DNA of 64,000 nt from a virus. Numbering within the stretch: position 1 is the first letter of the stretch; every line of letters starts with the position of its first letter. The position numbers and the translations under genes are program-made. The stretch is taken from positions 25,883-89,882 of IMG/VR virus record IMGVR_UViG_3300032242_003075; one strand, given 5' to 3'. The notes beneath the pieces were generated by a model. The model had not been told where the DNA came from, did not search any database, and worked only from the letters and a program-made list of their open reading frames with translations. This document shows, piece by piece, positions 18,266-27,727 of the stretch.

Positions 18266-19648
18266 ATGATAGTAAGCACAGAATTTCATACTGAGGATTC
18301 CTCATTGCTTATTTCCTATTATAATGCAGAAGGACTTTTAGAATTGATTAAGAAACCAATTCTACCTCATGATCTCTTTAACTGGACATTAACTCCAAAT
18401 CCAAGCGAGTTTAGGAACTGGGATGATAGGTTTCTTAAAAAGACCCAAGGCAAATGGTTAAGCCGATTCAGGCTTGAGGAACTGACTCAGACTAGACTTA
18501 GCGAGTCTGAATTAGCCGCAATCTACTCGGATTACAGCCCTAAGAAGTACTACCTGGATATTGAGATTCAATTAACATCAAATGAGTTTCCGGATCCGGC
18601 AAAAGCAGCAATGCCCGTTAATTTAATAACCTTTGTGAACGAGGAAAACATTTGCTTCATACTATCGACCATGAAGCATCTAGAAAAGCCAGCAATTGAA
18701 CAGATGCAATCAGAGGTGAACGATTACTTTAAATCGCATAACCAGAATTTCACTCTTAAGTACCTATTTTTTGAACAGGAGGAAGAGCTATTAAAGATGT
18801 TCTTTCATAAGGCTCTACCTAAAATTCCTTTATTAACAGGTTGGAACGTTATTGGGTTTGACTGGGTTTACCTAATTAATCGATGCAAGAATTTAGGTAT
18901 CGACCCGATGGAAACCATGCCTTCCAAAACTTTGATCGGTAAAAGTAAAATGCCAACTCACTTAGGCCTACTTGACTACATGGAAGTTTTCATGAACACT
19001 AAACCTTACAAAGTCGTTGAGAATTATAAGTTAGACTACATTGCTAACCTGGTTCTTGGAACCACCAAACTTCATAGCGAGTATGCTACAATGATCGAGG
19101 CTCAACAAGATATTGAAAATTTCATCAAGTATAACATAATAGATACGGTTCTGGTTAAATTGATTGAGGATAAGCTTGGCTTGCTTGACGTTGCGTTTGC
19201 AATCTCTAAATTTGCAAAGGTTGACGTGTCCAAGGTGTTTAGCGCCGTGTACATCACCGAGACATTAATGTGTCGTGAATTCTTAGAAAGGGGTCGATAC
19301 ATGGCAAATGATCGTCGAGACGTTCAGGAGGAGGCTACCTATGTAGGAGCATACGTTGCAAAACCTGTGCCGGGTTACTACAAGTACGTATCTTGCTTTG
19401 ACTTTGCTTCGATGTACCCAAACATCCAAATACAGTTTAACATTTCACCGGATGCATACTTAGGTAAAATTCAAGAAGGTCAGACCATTCAAGATGATCA
19501 AATCTTAACAAAGAACAATACAGTATTTTCTAAAAAGACCGATTCGGCTGCTAGAACGATCTTAACTAGGCTGTATAACGGTCGTGTTGATACTAAGGCC
19601 GAGATGAAAAAATTAGAAGAACAACTGACTGGTGCTAAAGTTGCTTAA
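18266..19648 (+). CDS. Family B DNA polymerase, N-terminal subunit only (exonuclease + motif A)
   Basis: ExoI LDIE, ExoII GWN..GFD..YL, ExoIII YNIID, motif A DFASMYP; ORF ends in the first fingers helix without motifs B and C. Confidence 0.88.
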   Translation: MIVSTEFHTEDSSLLISYYNAEGLLELIKKPILPHDLFNWTLTPNPSEFRNWDDRFLKKTQGKWLSRFRLEELTQTRLSESELAAIYSDYSPKKYYLDIEIQLTSNEFPDPAKAAMPVNLITFVNEENICFILSTMKHLEKPAIEQMQSEVNDYFKSHNQNFTLKYLFFEQEEELLKMFFHKALPKIPLLTGWNVIGFDWVYLINRCKNLGIDPMETMPSKTLIGKSKMPTHLGLLDYMEVFMNTKPYKVVENYKLDYIANLVLGTTKLHSEYATMIEAQQDIENFIKYNIIDTVLVKLIEDKLGLLDVAFAISKFAKVDVSKVFSAVYITETLMCREFLERGRYMANDRRDVQEEATYVGAYVAKPVPGYYKYVSCFDFASMYPNIQIQFNISPDAYLGKIQEGQTIQDDQILTKNNTVFSKKTDSAARTILTRLYNGRVDTKAEMKKLEEQLTGAKVA

Positions 19649-19667
19649 AAAAATAAAAAACTCAATT

Positions 19668-20312
19668 ATGAACAATTTCGATATGGAAACCTTGATCTCA
19701 ATAAAATCAAGCTTTCAATCAAACAAATTCCAATGGATAAAAACCAATGATCGTGCAAAGGTCGGCAAGATTGTTGAGGTTAGGGACGTTGTTCCCAGCC
19801 GAAACGGTAGATTCACAGCAATTCTATCTGACGGAACCCAGGTCGATACTGATCGAGTTTCTTCGGACTTAATGATGATCACCGATGACCAACCCCCAAT
19901 GTCAATGGCCGAGATACAATCGATCAATTACATTCCTTCCCTATCTGAGGAGGTTTCAGTTTCTCCTGATATACCTGATGAATTTGCTAAGGAAGTTAAA
20001 TCAAACATCACAACTGCCAAACCTGCTAACCTTGAACCTCCAGCTCAACCTAAATTAATCTCGCAAGCCGATACTACTGATCTATTTGGAATGTTTGAAC
20101 TGGAAGATTCAGAGATAAACGTTCCTATTAAAGTTAAGCTGCCAAGCAAGGCCCTGCTACAGATGATGTACGTAAGCTTCAAGAACAAGGAGGACTTTTT
20201 GACAAAGTTATCAAACTATATAAATAACAACATAACGGTCGATGCGATCAAGGAGACCATGAAAAAATCTCTAGATTCTGACCCAAAAAAGAATGTGCTA
20301 GATAATGAATAA
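19668..20312 (+). CDS. Hypothetical protein
   Basis: ORF track starts at 19632; ATG at 19668 after an A-rich leader is the more likely start. Confidence 0.6.
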   Translation: MNNFDMETLISIKSSFQSNKFQWIKTNDRAKVGKIVEVRDVVPSRNGRFTAILSDGTQVDTDRVSSDLMMITDDQPPMSMAEIQSINYIPSLSEEVSVSPDIPDEFAKEVKSNITTAKPANLEPPAQPKLISQADTTDLFGMFELEDSEINVPIKVKLPSKALLQMMYVSFKNKEDFLTKLSNYINNNITVDAIKETMKKSLDSDPKKNVLDNE

Positions 20313-20868
20313 CCAATTCACATCGGACGAACACAGTCAATTCGGAAAATTTAACGTATTGACAAAGACTCGAGATTCTCATTCTTCCCAGTACCTATCC
20401 GCTCAGTCAAAGTACATCGCGATAATTCCATTCGAAAGAAACTCTGAGAATAACATCAAATCCATTTATTTGCTTGATTTTCCGAATTACTCAACCGGTC
20501 GATCAGCTCAATCGCTAATAATAGATGAAATCGACCAGACTAAGGATAAGACTGTCTTTGATTCTGTGTGTCGAGCTTTGGTTGAGGAGGCAGGCCTCGA
20601 TATTGATGCTTTATCAATAAACGAGAATAACATTTTTTATCTTGGTGAAATTACCACAACCTGGCCGGTGTCATCAACTCTTCAATGTTATGGAATTGAT
20701 CTCACCGGTAAAGCTTCCCTAGAATTCACCAGAAACTTATCTAAGGATCCTTTCATCAAAGATGAATCTTCTATAATCCAAGCAAACTTTCATCAAGTAG
20801 TTAACGGAGATTACTCAGATTCAACGGTTTTAGCTGGATCATTTCTCCTAGTTTCATATTTTAACTAA
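20305..20868 (+). CDS. Nudix-fold hydrolase-like protein (degenerate)
   Basis: Partial Nudix box CRALVEEAGLD, followed by YLG. Confidence 0.5.
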   Translation: MNNQFTSDEHSQFGKFNVLTKTRDSHSSQYLSAQSKYIAIIPFERNSENNIKSIYLLDFPNYSTGRSAQSLIIDEIDQTKDKTVFDSVCRALVEEAGLDIDALSINENNIFYLGEITTTWPVSSTLQCYGIDLTGKASLEFTRNLSKDPFIKDESSIIQANFHQVVNGDYSDSTVLAGSFLLVSYFN

Positions 20869-20894
20869 AACAATTTCCGCATCTTATGTACAAG
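20867..20894 (+). promoter_or_regulatory. Putative early/middle promoter AAAAC-N17-TACAAG
   Basis: Recurrent bipartite motif upstream of uvsX. Confidence 0.55.
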
Positions 20895-20919
20895 ATGCTA
20901 AAGACAATTTTTAACACAC

Positions 20920-21810
20920 ATGGCAAAAACACCAATGGACGCATTCGCCAAGTTTAACGACTTGCTCGAAAAGAAAGTCAAGTCCAAAATAGACATCAAG
21001 GGATTTTCAGACATTGATGAATACATCCCAACCGGTAATTACCTCTTAAATGCTCAAATGTCAGGCTCTTTGTTCGGAGGTTATCCGAACACTCGAAGCA
21101 TTGGTATCGCCGGTGACTCAGGTTCAGGTAAAACGTTCTTGTGCTTGAATGCCGTACGTGAACTTCAAAAGCTAGGATACGTAGTTTTCTATATCGATAC
21201 TGAGGGAGCTATTGACCGATCTGACTATCTTAAATTTGGAGTCGATCTTGACAAGCTCACTTACCTTCGTATGGGTTACATTAGCGAGGTTAAATTTTTC
21301 ATTAACGATTTCATTGAAACTATGAAAGAAAATCCAGGTTTAAAAGTTGCAATATTTGTTGACTCGGTGGGGATGTTAGACACAGACAAGAGTAAAAGGG
21401 ACATGGAGGCCGGTAAAAACGCCGCTGACATGGGTCTTCGCTCAAAGGAGATGAGATCTCTTTTTAAATCGTTCACCCTTGAGCTTTCAAATTTACGAGT
21501 GCCATTTATTTTTACGAATCACACTTACGCTTGCCTTTTAGGAGACCATAAAATTCTAACACATCAAGGTGAACTTATGATTTCTGAACTTAAAGTAGGA
21601 CAATTAGTAGAAACTTTAGAAGGTTTAAAACCTATTGAAAACATATTTCAATACGATTGTCCAAAATTGATTGAAATAGTATTAGAGGATGACACAGTTA
21701 TCAAGTGTACGCCTAATCATAAGTTTTTAATCGGCGATGATTGGTCAAATGAAGATCATTGGGTAGAAGCAATGGATTTAATTGATGGAGCTGAAATAGT
21801 TTATAAATAA
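20920..21810 (+). CDS. uvsX: UvsX/RecA recombinase N-extein (204 aa) fused to split intein N-part
   Basis: Walker A GDSGSGKT, YIDTEG, Walker B FVDS, TNHTYA, then intein block A CLLGDHKILT and block B TPNHKF. Confidence 0.92.
   Translation: MAKTPMDAFAKFNDLLEKKVKSKIDIKGFSDIDEYIPTGNYLLNAQMSGSLFGGYPNTRSIGIAGDSGSGKTFLCLNAVRELQKLGYVVFYIDTEGAIDRSDYLKFGVDLDKLTYLRMGYISEVKFFINDFIETMKENPGLKVAIFVDSVGMLDTDKSKRDMEAGKNAADMGLRSKEMRSLFKSFTLELSNLRVPFIFTNHTYACLLGDHKILTHQGELMISELKVGQLVETLEGLKPIENIFQYDCPKLIEIVLEDDTVIKCTPNHKFLIGDDWSNEDHWVEAMDLIDGAEIVYK
21532..21810 (+). mobile_element. Split intein N-fragment (IntN, 92 aa)
   Basis: Starts at Cys1 (tgc, 21532); T-x-x-H block B; acidic C-terminal part. Confidence 0.9.
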
Positions 21811-21850
21811 AAAATTCTTGCATGTCTGTGATATATAAAAATAAAGGGAC

Positions 21851-22903
21851 ATGCAAGATTTTTTACAACGAATTATAACATCATCAAATCTAGGATTAGC
21901 GTCTCTATCTAAGTCGATTCGAAAAGATCGAGAATTTTATGATTTCTTAATTTCACAAACTTCATTTCTTTCAGAAAATGCAAACGTTCCATTTAGACTA
22001 TATCATATTAGGCAAGGATTAACTGAACAAGTTAGATGTAAACACTGCAAAAATCGATTGTTTAAAATTAGAATTGAATTCTGTAATAGGAAATGTGCAG
22101 CTATGTTTAATAGCAGATTAATTGAAGTTCAGAAAAAGAGATCAAATTCATTAATCGAATCTTTCAGTAAAAAGACAGATTCTGAAAAACTTGAAACTCG
22201 TAAAAAACGTGAATCTACTAATTTAGCGAAAGGCGGGCATGTTTCGAATCTTCATTCAGTTGAAGGAAAACAAAAAGTCAAAGAAACTTTCATTTCTAAA
22301 TATGGATATGAAAACCCAAATACAAATTCATCAATTAAGGCAAAAATTTCAGCTGCAAATAAATTAACCTCAAATCATGCTTTAGTTGTACGTAAGAGCA
22401 CCTGTTTAGAAAGATATGGTGTTGATAATGTTATGAAAACTCAAGAGGTTAAAGATAAAATAAAAGAGACTTGCTTTTCTAAATACGGCTCACAAAGCCA
22501 CATGCAAAATGACAAGTTCTTAGAAAAATTTTTTAATGAATATCACAAAAGGTACAAATCTAAAGACTATGTATTACCTAGCGGAAAAACAGTTAAATTA
22601 CTAGGATATGAACCTCACGTATTGGACTATTTATTGACTAAATTTAATGAGTCTGACATAATTATCGGGTATTCAGCATACCGAAAAATAAAATGTAACT
22701 ACATTCAAACTGGAAAAACCCATCGATATATACCAGATTTCTATATTGAGTCAAAAAATTTAGTAATCGAAGTTAAATCAAACTATACGTACAATTTCGC
22801 TGATCCAAATAAGAGAAAGTCAGTACAAGAAAAAGGAATCAACTTTGTTTATGCAGTAGTTGATATAAAGAAAAAGAAAATATCATTTAATCGTTATGAA
22901 TAA
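21851..22903 (+). mobile_element. Free-standing putative homing endonuclease, PD-(D/E)xK type, with Zn-finger and (K/R)YG repeats
   Basis: CKHC..FCNRKC; KYGYEN/RYGVDN/KYGSQ repeats; YIPDFY....LVIEVKS; located between the two intein halves; visibly AT-rich. Confidence 0.8.
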
Positions 22904-23594
22904 AATTAAAATTAAATCAGTAAAAGTCATTGAAAATTCTGAAAAAGTGTATGACATACAAGTAAAAGATGTGCATCACTACATCCTATCAAACAGGGTA
23001 GTTTCGCATAACTCAATGGATCAGTACACACCAAAGGGCATGTCCGGTGGTGGAGGTCCTGAATTCTCCGCATCAATCATTTTAATGTTGAGCAAGGGAA
23101 CTCTTCGAGATGAAAGTAAGACGACTACTGGTATAATTGTAAGATCAAAAACGAAAAAGAACAGATTAGCCAAACCCATTGATATTGAGTTTCACATATC
23201 GTTTCATAAGGGTATGAATCCTTACGTCGGGCTGGAACAATTTGTTAATTGGGAAAATTGCGGAATAGTTAGGGGTTCAAAATTAACCGAAAAGGAATTC
23301 AATAAGCTTAAACCTGAGGATCAGGCCAAATGTCATACGTTTGAAGTGAATGGGGAAACTTTCTACGTTAAACCGAGCATTCAAGCTAAGAACTTCATCG
23401 TTAGAGGAACCGGTGCGGAAGTCCCAGTAAGAGAATTTTTCTCAGCCAAGCTATTCACCGATGCAGTGCTAAAAGAATTGGACGAAAAGATAATTCAGCC
23501 AACCTTCAAATTCCCGGAAGGTCAAGAGGGCATAAATGTCATGGAAACTGATGAACTTGAGAACTTAACTGATACCTCAGACAATGATCTTTAA
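22896..23594 (+). CDS. uvsX: Split intein C-part (39 aa) fused to UvsX C-extein
   Basis: Basic IntC MNKIKIKSVK...VYDIQV...HYI...VVSHN, then Ser+1 and SMDQY.P..MSGGGG..F.AS continuing the RecA fold. Confidence 0.92.
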   Translation: MNKIKIKSVKVIENSEKVYDIQVKDVHHYILSNRVVSHNSMDQYTPKGMSGGGGPEFSASIILMLSKGTLRDESKTTTGIIVRSKTKKNRLAKPIDIEFHISFHKGMNPYVGLEQFVNWENCGIVRGSKLTEKEFNKLKPEDQAKCHTFEVNGETFYVKPSIQAKNFIVRGTGAEVPVREFFSAKLFTDAVLKELDEKIIQPTFKFPEGQEGINVMETDELENLTDTSDNDL

Positions 23595-23928
23595 GCCGAC
23601 TGACCATCTTCCTCTTAAGTACTTACTTGATATTCAGGCAAACCTACCGAGCTATCCAACTTCACAGGACTTTCTATTTGACGTCATCTCTTACCTAGTA
23701 CGAGTTGCCGAATCAAAATCCAAAGAATGGGACTCTGACTTAATTAAATTTTCCACTAAAACCTTAAAATACGTATTCGGTGAAAAACTTACACCCGAAT
23801 TCTTAGATAAGCTAAAACTTATCATGCGTGACTTAATACAAGATGGCACGTTAGTAAAAAATGGAGAATACTTAATAATTAATCAATCCGCATTTAACCG
23901 CTTTTACACGATATTACAACCTGACTAA
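23584..23928 (+). CDS. Hypothetical protein (possible winged helix)
   Basis: ORF between uvsX and helicase; ends L...G.L...GEYL. Confidence 0.55.
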   Translation: MIFKPTDHLPLKYLLDIQANLPSYPTSQDFLFDVISYLVRVAESKSKEWDSDLIKFSTKTLKYVFGEKLTPEFLDKLKLIMRDLIQDGTLVKNGEYLIINQSAFNRFYTILQPD

Positions 23929-23931
23929 ACT

Positions 23932-25455
23932 ATGATGATAGACTTTAAGGAGAACATTGAGCTCCTAGAAAAAATAATATTCAATTTTGTTTTAACCGAA
24001 GACGATAATGAGGTAATAATAAAACCTAAAAACTACGATTCTTTGGATAAACGAGAAGTTATTCCATTAATTAAAGCGACCTATTTTAACGATGATACAT
24101 TACAACGCCTTTATAGAATAGCCAAGAAATTTTTTCTTGAGTATTCTAAAGTCCCAACCCGAAACGAACTTAGAGAATTAGCGAACCTTTCTAACTTAGA
24201 CATTTCCGAATCTAAATTTAACTCAGTATTCGCCGTCGACCTAAGTAGCTATAACTATGACTTTTTATTTAAGTACACCAAGTCCTTTGTATTTTACAAG
24301 AACCTAAATGCTTCGGTGATAGATGTTCTTTCTTACTTAAAAACGACCGACATTAACCCCGAAAACGTTGAACTAATCACAAACGAAGTAAGATCAAAAT
24401 TCAACGAAAAGCTAAACGTATCATTTACAAATGCAGAATCAGGTCTAAACTTTTTCAATCCGGTCGATCACGTCCAGCTATCAAAGATTGGAAATCCGAC
24501 CGGCTTTAAATTCTTTGATAAAACGTTAGGCGGTGGTTGGAATCCAAAAACTCTAGTTGTATTTCAAGGTAGACCAAAGGTCGGAAAATCAATGGTCCTA
24601 TCAAATATTGCAGGTCGAGCATTCATGTCAGGCTGTAACGTTGGAATAGCCACCCTTGAGCTATCGGATCGTAAGTACATGAAAAGATTGGGCTCAATGA
24701 TACTAAACATCCCATTTAATGAATACGATTCAATGTTAGATTCATCTCAGGTATCCGAGGTTCAGGAGAAGATGACTAATTTACAAAAGACCATTCCTAA
24801 CCTTGGTGAGCTTGTTGTCAAAGAATTTCCAACTGGTACAGCTTCAGCAATTGACGTAGAAAATTACTTTCTAAAGGTTCAACAGAACACAGGTAAGAAA
24901 TTTAAGATAATCGTCGTTGACTACATTAACTTAATGAGACCAATGCGAGAGCAGGGTAACGTGTATGAAAAGATTAAAGTCATTTCCGAGGAGCTTAGGG
25001 CGATCGCCATCAGAAATGAATGGTGCGTCATTACCGCTACTCAAATTAAGAGAGATGCGGTTGATGACCAAGACTTAAGCATGTCAGATATCGCAGAATC
25101 TTTCGGACTAGTACACACAGTTGACTCACTATTCGGACTGATTAGGGGACCCATGGAAAAGAGAATGAAAATTAAGCTTATCGCCAATCGTGATGGAGGT
25201 TATACCGAAAGCTTTAAGATGTACCGTATGAGCTACGAATTTGCTAAATTAACCGAGGAAAATGATCCAGCTTCTGAATTCTATTCTGATGATGATGATA
25301 CTAAGTCTCTTGAGAGTCAAATGAGAACTCAGTACCAAACGGTTTACACAACGACTCTACCTCCAAATTTAATTCCAATGGCAGAGGCTTTGGCTAAAAC
25401 TCATACCATGAATACGTCAAGCAATTATGATGACATACTTGCTGACATAAAATAA
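23932..25455 (+). CDS. Replicative DNA helicase, T4 gp41/DnaB-like
   Basis: PTGF..FD..LGGG, Walker A GRPKVGKS, TLELS, KEFPTG, VVDYINL, TATQ, IAESFG. Confidence 0.93.
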   Translation: MMIDFKENIELLEKIIFNFVLTEDDNEVIIKPKNYDSLDKREVIPLIKATYFNDDTLQRLYRIAKKFFLEYSKVPTRNELRELANLSNLDISESKFNSVFAVDLSSYNYDFLFKYTKSFVFYKNLNASVIDVLSYLKTTDINPENVELITNEVRSKFNEKLNVSFTNAESGLNFFNPVDHVQLSKIGNPTGFKFFDKTLGGGWNPKTLVVFQGRPKVGKSMVLSNIAGRAFMSGCNVGIATLELSDRKYMKRLGSMILNIPFNEYDSMLDSSQVSEVQEKMTNLQKTIPNLGELVVKEFPTGTASAIDVENYFLKVQQNTGKKFKIIVVDYINLMRPMREQGNVYEKIKVISEELRAIAIRNEWCVITATQIKRDAVDDQDLSMSDIAESFGLVHTVDSLFGLIRGPMEKRMKIKLIANRDGGYTESFKMYRMSYEFAKLTEENDPASEFYSDDDDTKSLESQMRTQYQTVYTTTLPPNLIPMAEALAKTHTMNTSSNYDDILADIK

Positions 25456-25468
25456 TAAACAAACACCA

Positions 25469-26122
25469 GTGATTACTGACGACAACCACCACGAATTTGA
25501 CGAATTTAGCAATGTACATGAGTCAATTGACGATATTGAATACGATGATTCGTATGATGAATTAGAAGAAGACTCCGATTACGACGATGTTGAACTCGAA
25601 AGGCGCAGAGTGGCCTATTCTGATCTAAAGAAGTCAGATAAGATATTCAATAACACCTATAACTTAGGTCTTGAAAATCATGACGAGGATGAATATTCTC
25701 AGCTAAACTCAAAATCTGAGATTAAAATAGATAGCGGTTCTCCTGACTATCACATGTACGATCCCGAGAGATATTCGGATCATGTTGATCTCTCGATCAT
25801 ACATCGAGACATTGACATTTACGTTAAAGGTAATCAACGCGTGAACGAATTACTGGGAGATGAACCTGAAAGAAAAAAATTCACAAGGTCCGAAATAAAT
25901 GAACTTTTTGAAATTTTAATAAACGGCCTAACCAAAGGTCCACAGACGAACGTTTTTATCAATTCAATTCACGTATTGGATGCAATTTCCGCTTTACTTA
26001 GCGTTGAGTATAAAAAGCTTTTTGACACTCTAACCTACGAAAACAAAGAAATCCTGCTAATAGAATTAAATGCAAAATACGGATTTTTAGACAGTACCGG
26101 TAGAAACCATAAGATATTTTAA
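25469..26122 (+). CDS. Hypothetical acidic protein
   Basis: ORF in operon, D/E-rich N-terminus. Confidence 0.6.
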   Translation: MITDDNHHEFDEFSNVHESIDDIEYDDSYDELEEDSDYDDVELERRRVAYSDLKKSDKIFNNTYNLGLENHDEDEYSQLNSKSEIKIDSGSPDYHMYDPERYSDHVDLSIIHRDIDIYVKGNQRVNELLGDEPERKKFTRSEINELFEILINGLTKGPQTNVFINSIHVLDAISALLSVEYKKLFDTLTYENKEILLIELNAKYGFLDSTGRNHKIF

Positions 26123-27237
26123 TGCAACTTAATAACATTAGAAAAATAACGTTGATAGGCGATCTCCATCTAGGAATCAAGAATAACTCAATGGAATGGC
26201 TTCAGATACAAAAAAGCTTTTTACTTGATTTTTTGATTAGTAAGGTTGATGAAGATTTCAATCAAGCTCAGGATATTCTTTTGTTTGAGGGAGACATCTT
26301 TCATTCTCGTGAATCAATTAACGTTAGAGTTCACGATGAGGCTCTAACCATCTTTAAAACTCTTGCTGAAAAATTCAAGCGTGGAATCTACATCATAATT
26401 GGAAACCATGACGTGTATTACAAAGATCGAAACGTGGTTCACTCATTAAAGGCAATATCTCACCTGTCCGATAACATTCACGTGTTTGAAAATCCTAAAA
26501 CTTTAAGCATAAACGGATCTCATAATTTTTTAATGTTACCTTGGGTTGAAGATACGTCAAAGATCTCCGGCATAATATCCGATAATAAGGATTTTTGTGA
26601 TTACGTAATTTGTCACACCGACGTTAAGGGAGTTAAGTACAATCGTTGGACCAAAGTCGATCATGGAGTTGAAGTTTCCGACCTAGAATCGTATAAGCGA
26701 GTTTATTCCGGTCACATTCATCATCGTCAAGAGTTTAAAAATGTTCTCTACACTGGGACTCCTTACCAAATGGACAGGGGAGATCGCGGAAATACTAAGG
26801 GTTTCTATCAGTTGGACGTTTCTAGTTCAAAGATAATTGAAACCTTCATTGAGAACACTCAATCGCCAGTTTACAAGAAATTCGATGTGTATGATCTACT
26901 AGAGAAACCTATGTCTGATATAATCGATGAATTCAATAATTCATTCGTTGACATTATGATAAGCGTTAGCTTAGTTAATAAATTCTCGGTGAATAGATTC
27001 TTGGAATTGATTTCTAAGTCGACTCACAGAAAGATTGAATTTTTTACCTATGCTAATGATGATTCAAAGTCAGATTCAACGAGTGTTGAATTTAATCCTG
27101 AGGACCAATTTAACGTAATTGACATTTTTAAAAGTTACATTAAATCCAAGGAATACTCTCAGACGTTTAAACAATCTCTCGCTAAAAAATTCGTTGAGAT
27201 TCATAATACTGTAAAATTACAAGACCTAAATGATTAA
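26122..27237 (+). CDS. Recombination nuclease gp47/SbcD/Mre11-like
   Basis: GDLHLG, GDIFH, GNHD, SGHIH, YTGTP metallophosphoesterase motifs. Confidence 0.93.
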   Translation: MQLNNIRKITLIGDLHLGIKNNSMEWLQIQKSFLLDFLISKVDEDFNQAQDILLFEGDIFHSRESINVRVHDEALTIFKTLAEKFKRGIYIIIGNHDVYYKDRNVVHSLKAISHLSDNIHVFENPKTLSINGSHNFLMLPWVEDTSKISGIISDNKDFCDYVICHTDVKGVKYNRWTKVDHGVEVSDLESYKRVYSGHIHHRQEFKNVLYTGTPYQMDRGDRGNTKGFYQLDVSSSKIIETFIENTQSPVYKKFDVYDLLEKPMSDIIDEFNNSFVDIMISVSLVNKFSVNRFLELISKSTHRKIEFFTYANDDSKSDSTSVEFNPEDQFNVIDIFKSYIKSKEYSQTFKQSLAKKFVEIHNTVKLQDLND

Positions 27238-27727
27238 TCCTGCAATACTACAAACACTAATCGTTAATAAAACACCGGACGGTGAGTTCGGAGTCTTTAC
27301 CAATGCGCAAATACACAAACATACGACGGTTGAAATTTGTGCCTGGCTACCTATCACCAAAAAAGTCCAAATCTTACTTAAATCAAACGGCTCAAGTTTA
27401 GCCAACGCTATATTTGAAAATCCTGACGGAATGGACAGGGAAAGAGCTTTCATTGAAAAGCTGGCTGACATGGAATTACAGAAGAGATTGGACGCAGGGC
27501 TGATTAGCCAAAGTCAATTTACCGATCTTATACTCAGTTCATTTGACCCAACTAAATTACTTCACGTAGAGTCTCATGCTCTACTTTTAGGGTTCGGTTC
27601 AATTTATCGAAGATCACAAGTATCCCCTAACCTTAATTGGGAATATGATAGTTCCTCTAAACTATACAAATTCTTTGCAGTACAAGATATTCAAGCGGGT
27701 CAAGAACTCACGTATTTTACCAACTAA
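27230..27727 (+). CDS. SET-domain protein (degenerate)
   Basis: G.FGVF...I.K...VE, G.GS.Y(RRS)..PN, A.QDI.AG.ELTY. Confidence 0.7.
   Translation: MINPAILQTLIVNKTPDGEFGVFTNAQIHKHTTVEICAWLPITKKVQILLKSNGSSLANAIFENPDGMDRERAFIEKLADMELQKRLDAGLISQSQFTDLILSSFDPTKLLHVESHALLLGFGSIYRRSQVSPNLNWEYDSSSKLYKFFAVQDIQAGQELTYFTN

Noticed and set aside
19560-20312. Frameshift or intron joining the polymerase N-half to the next ORF
   Set aside because: The downstream ORF has no polymerase motif B or C, and no intron or intein features are visible
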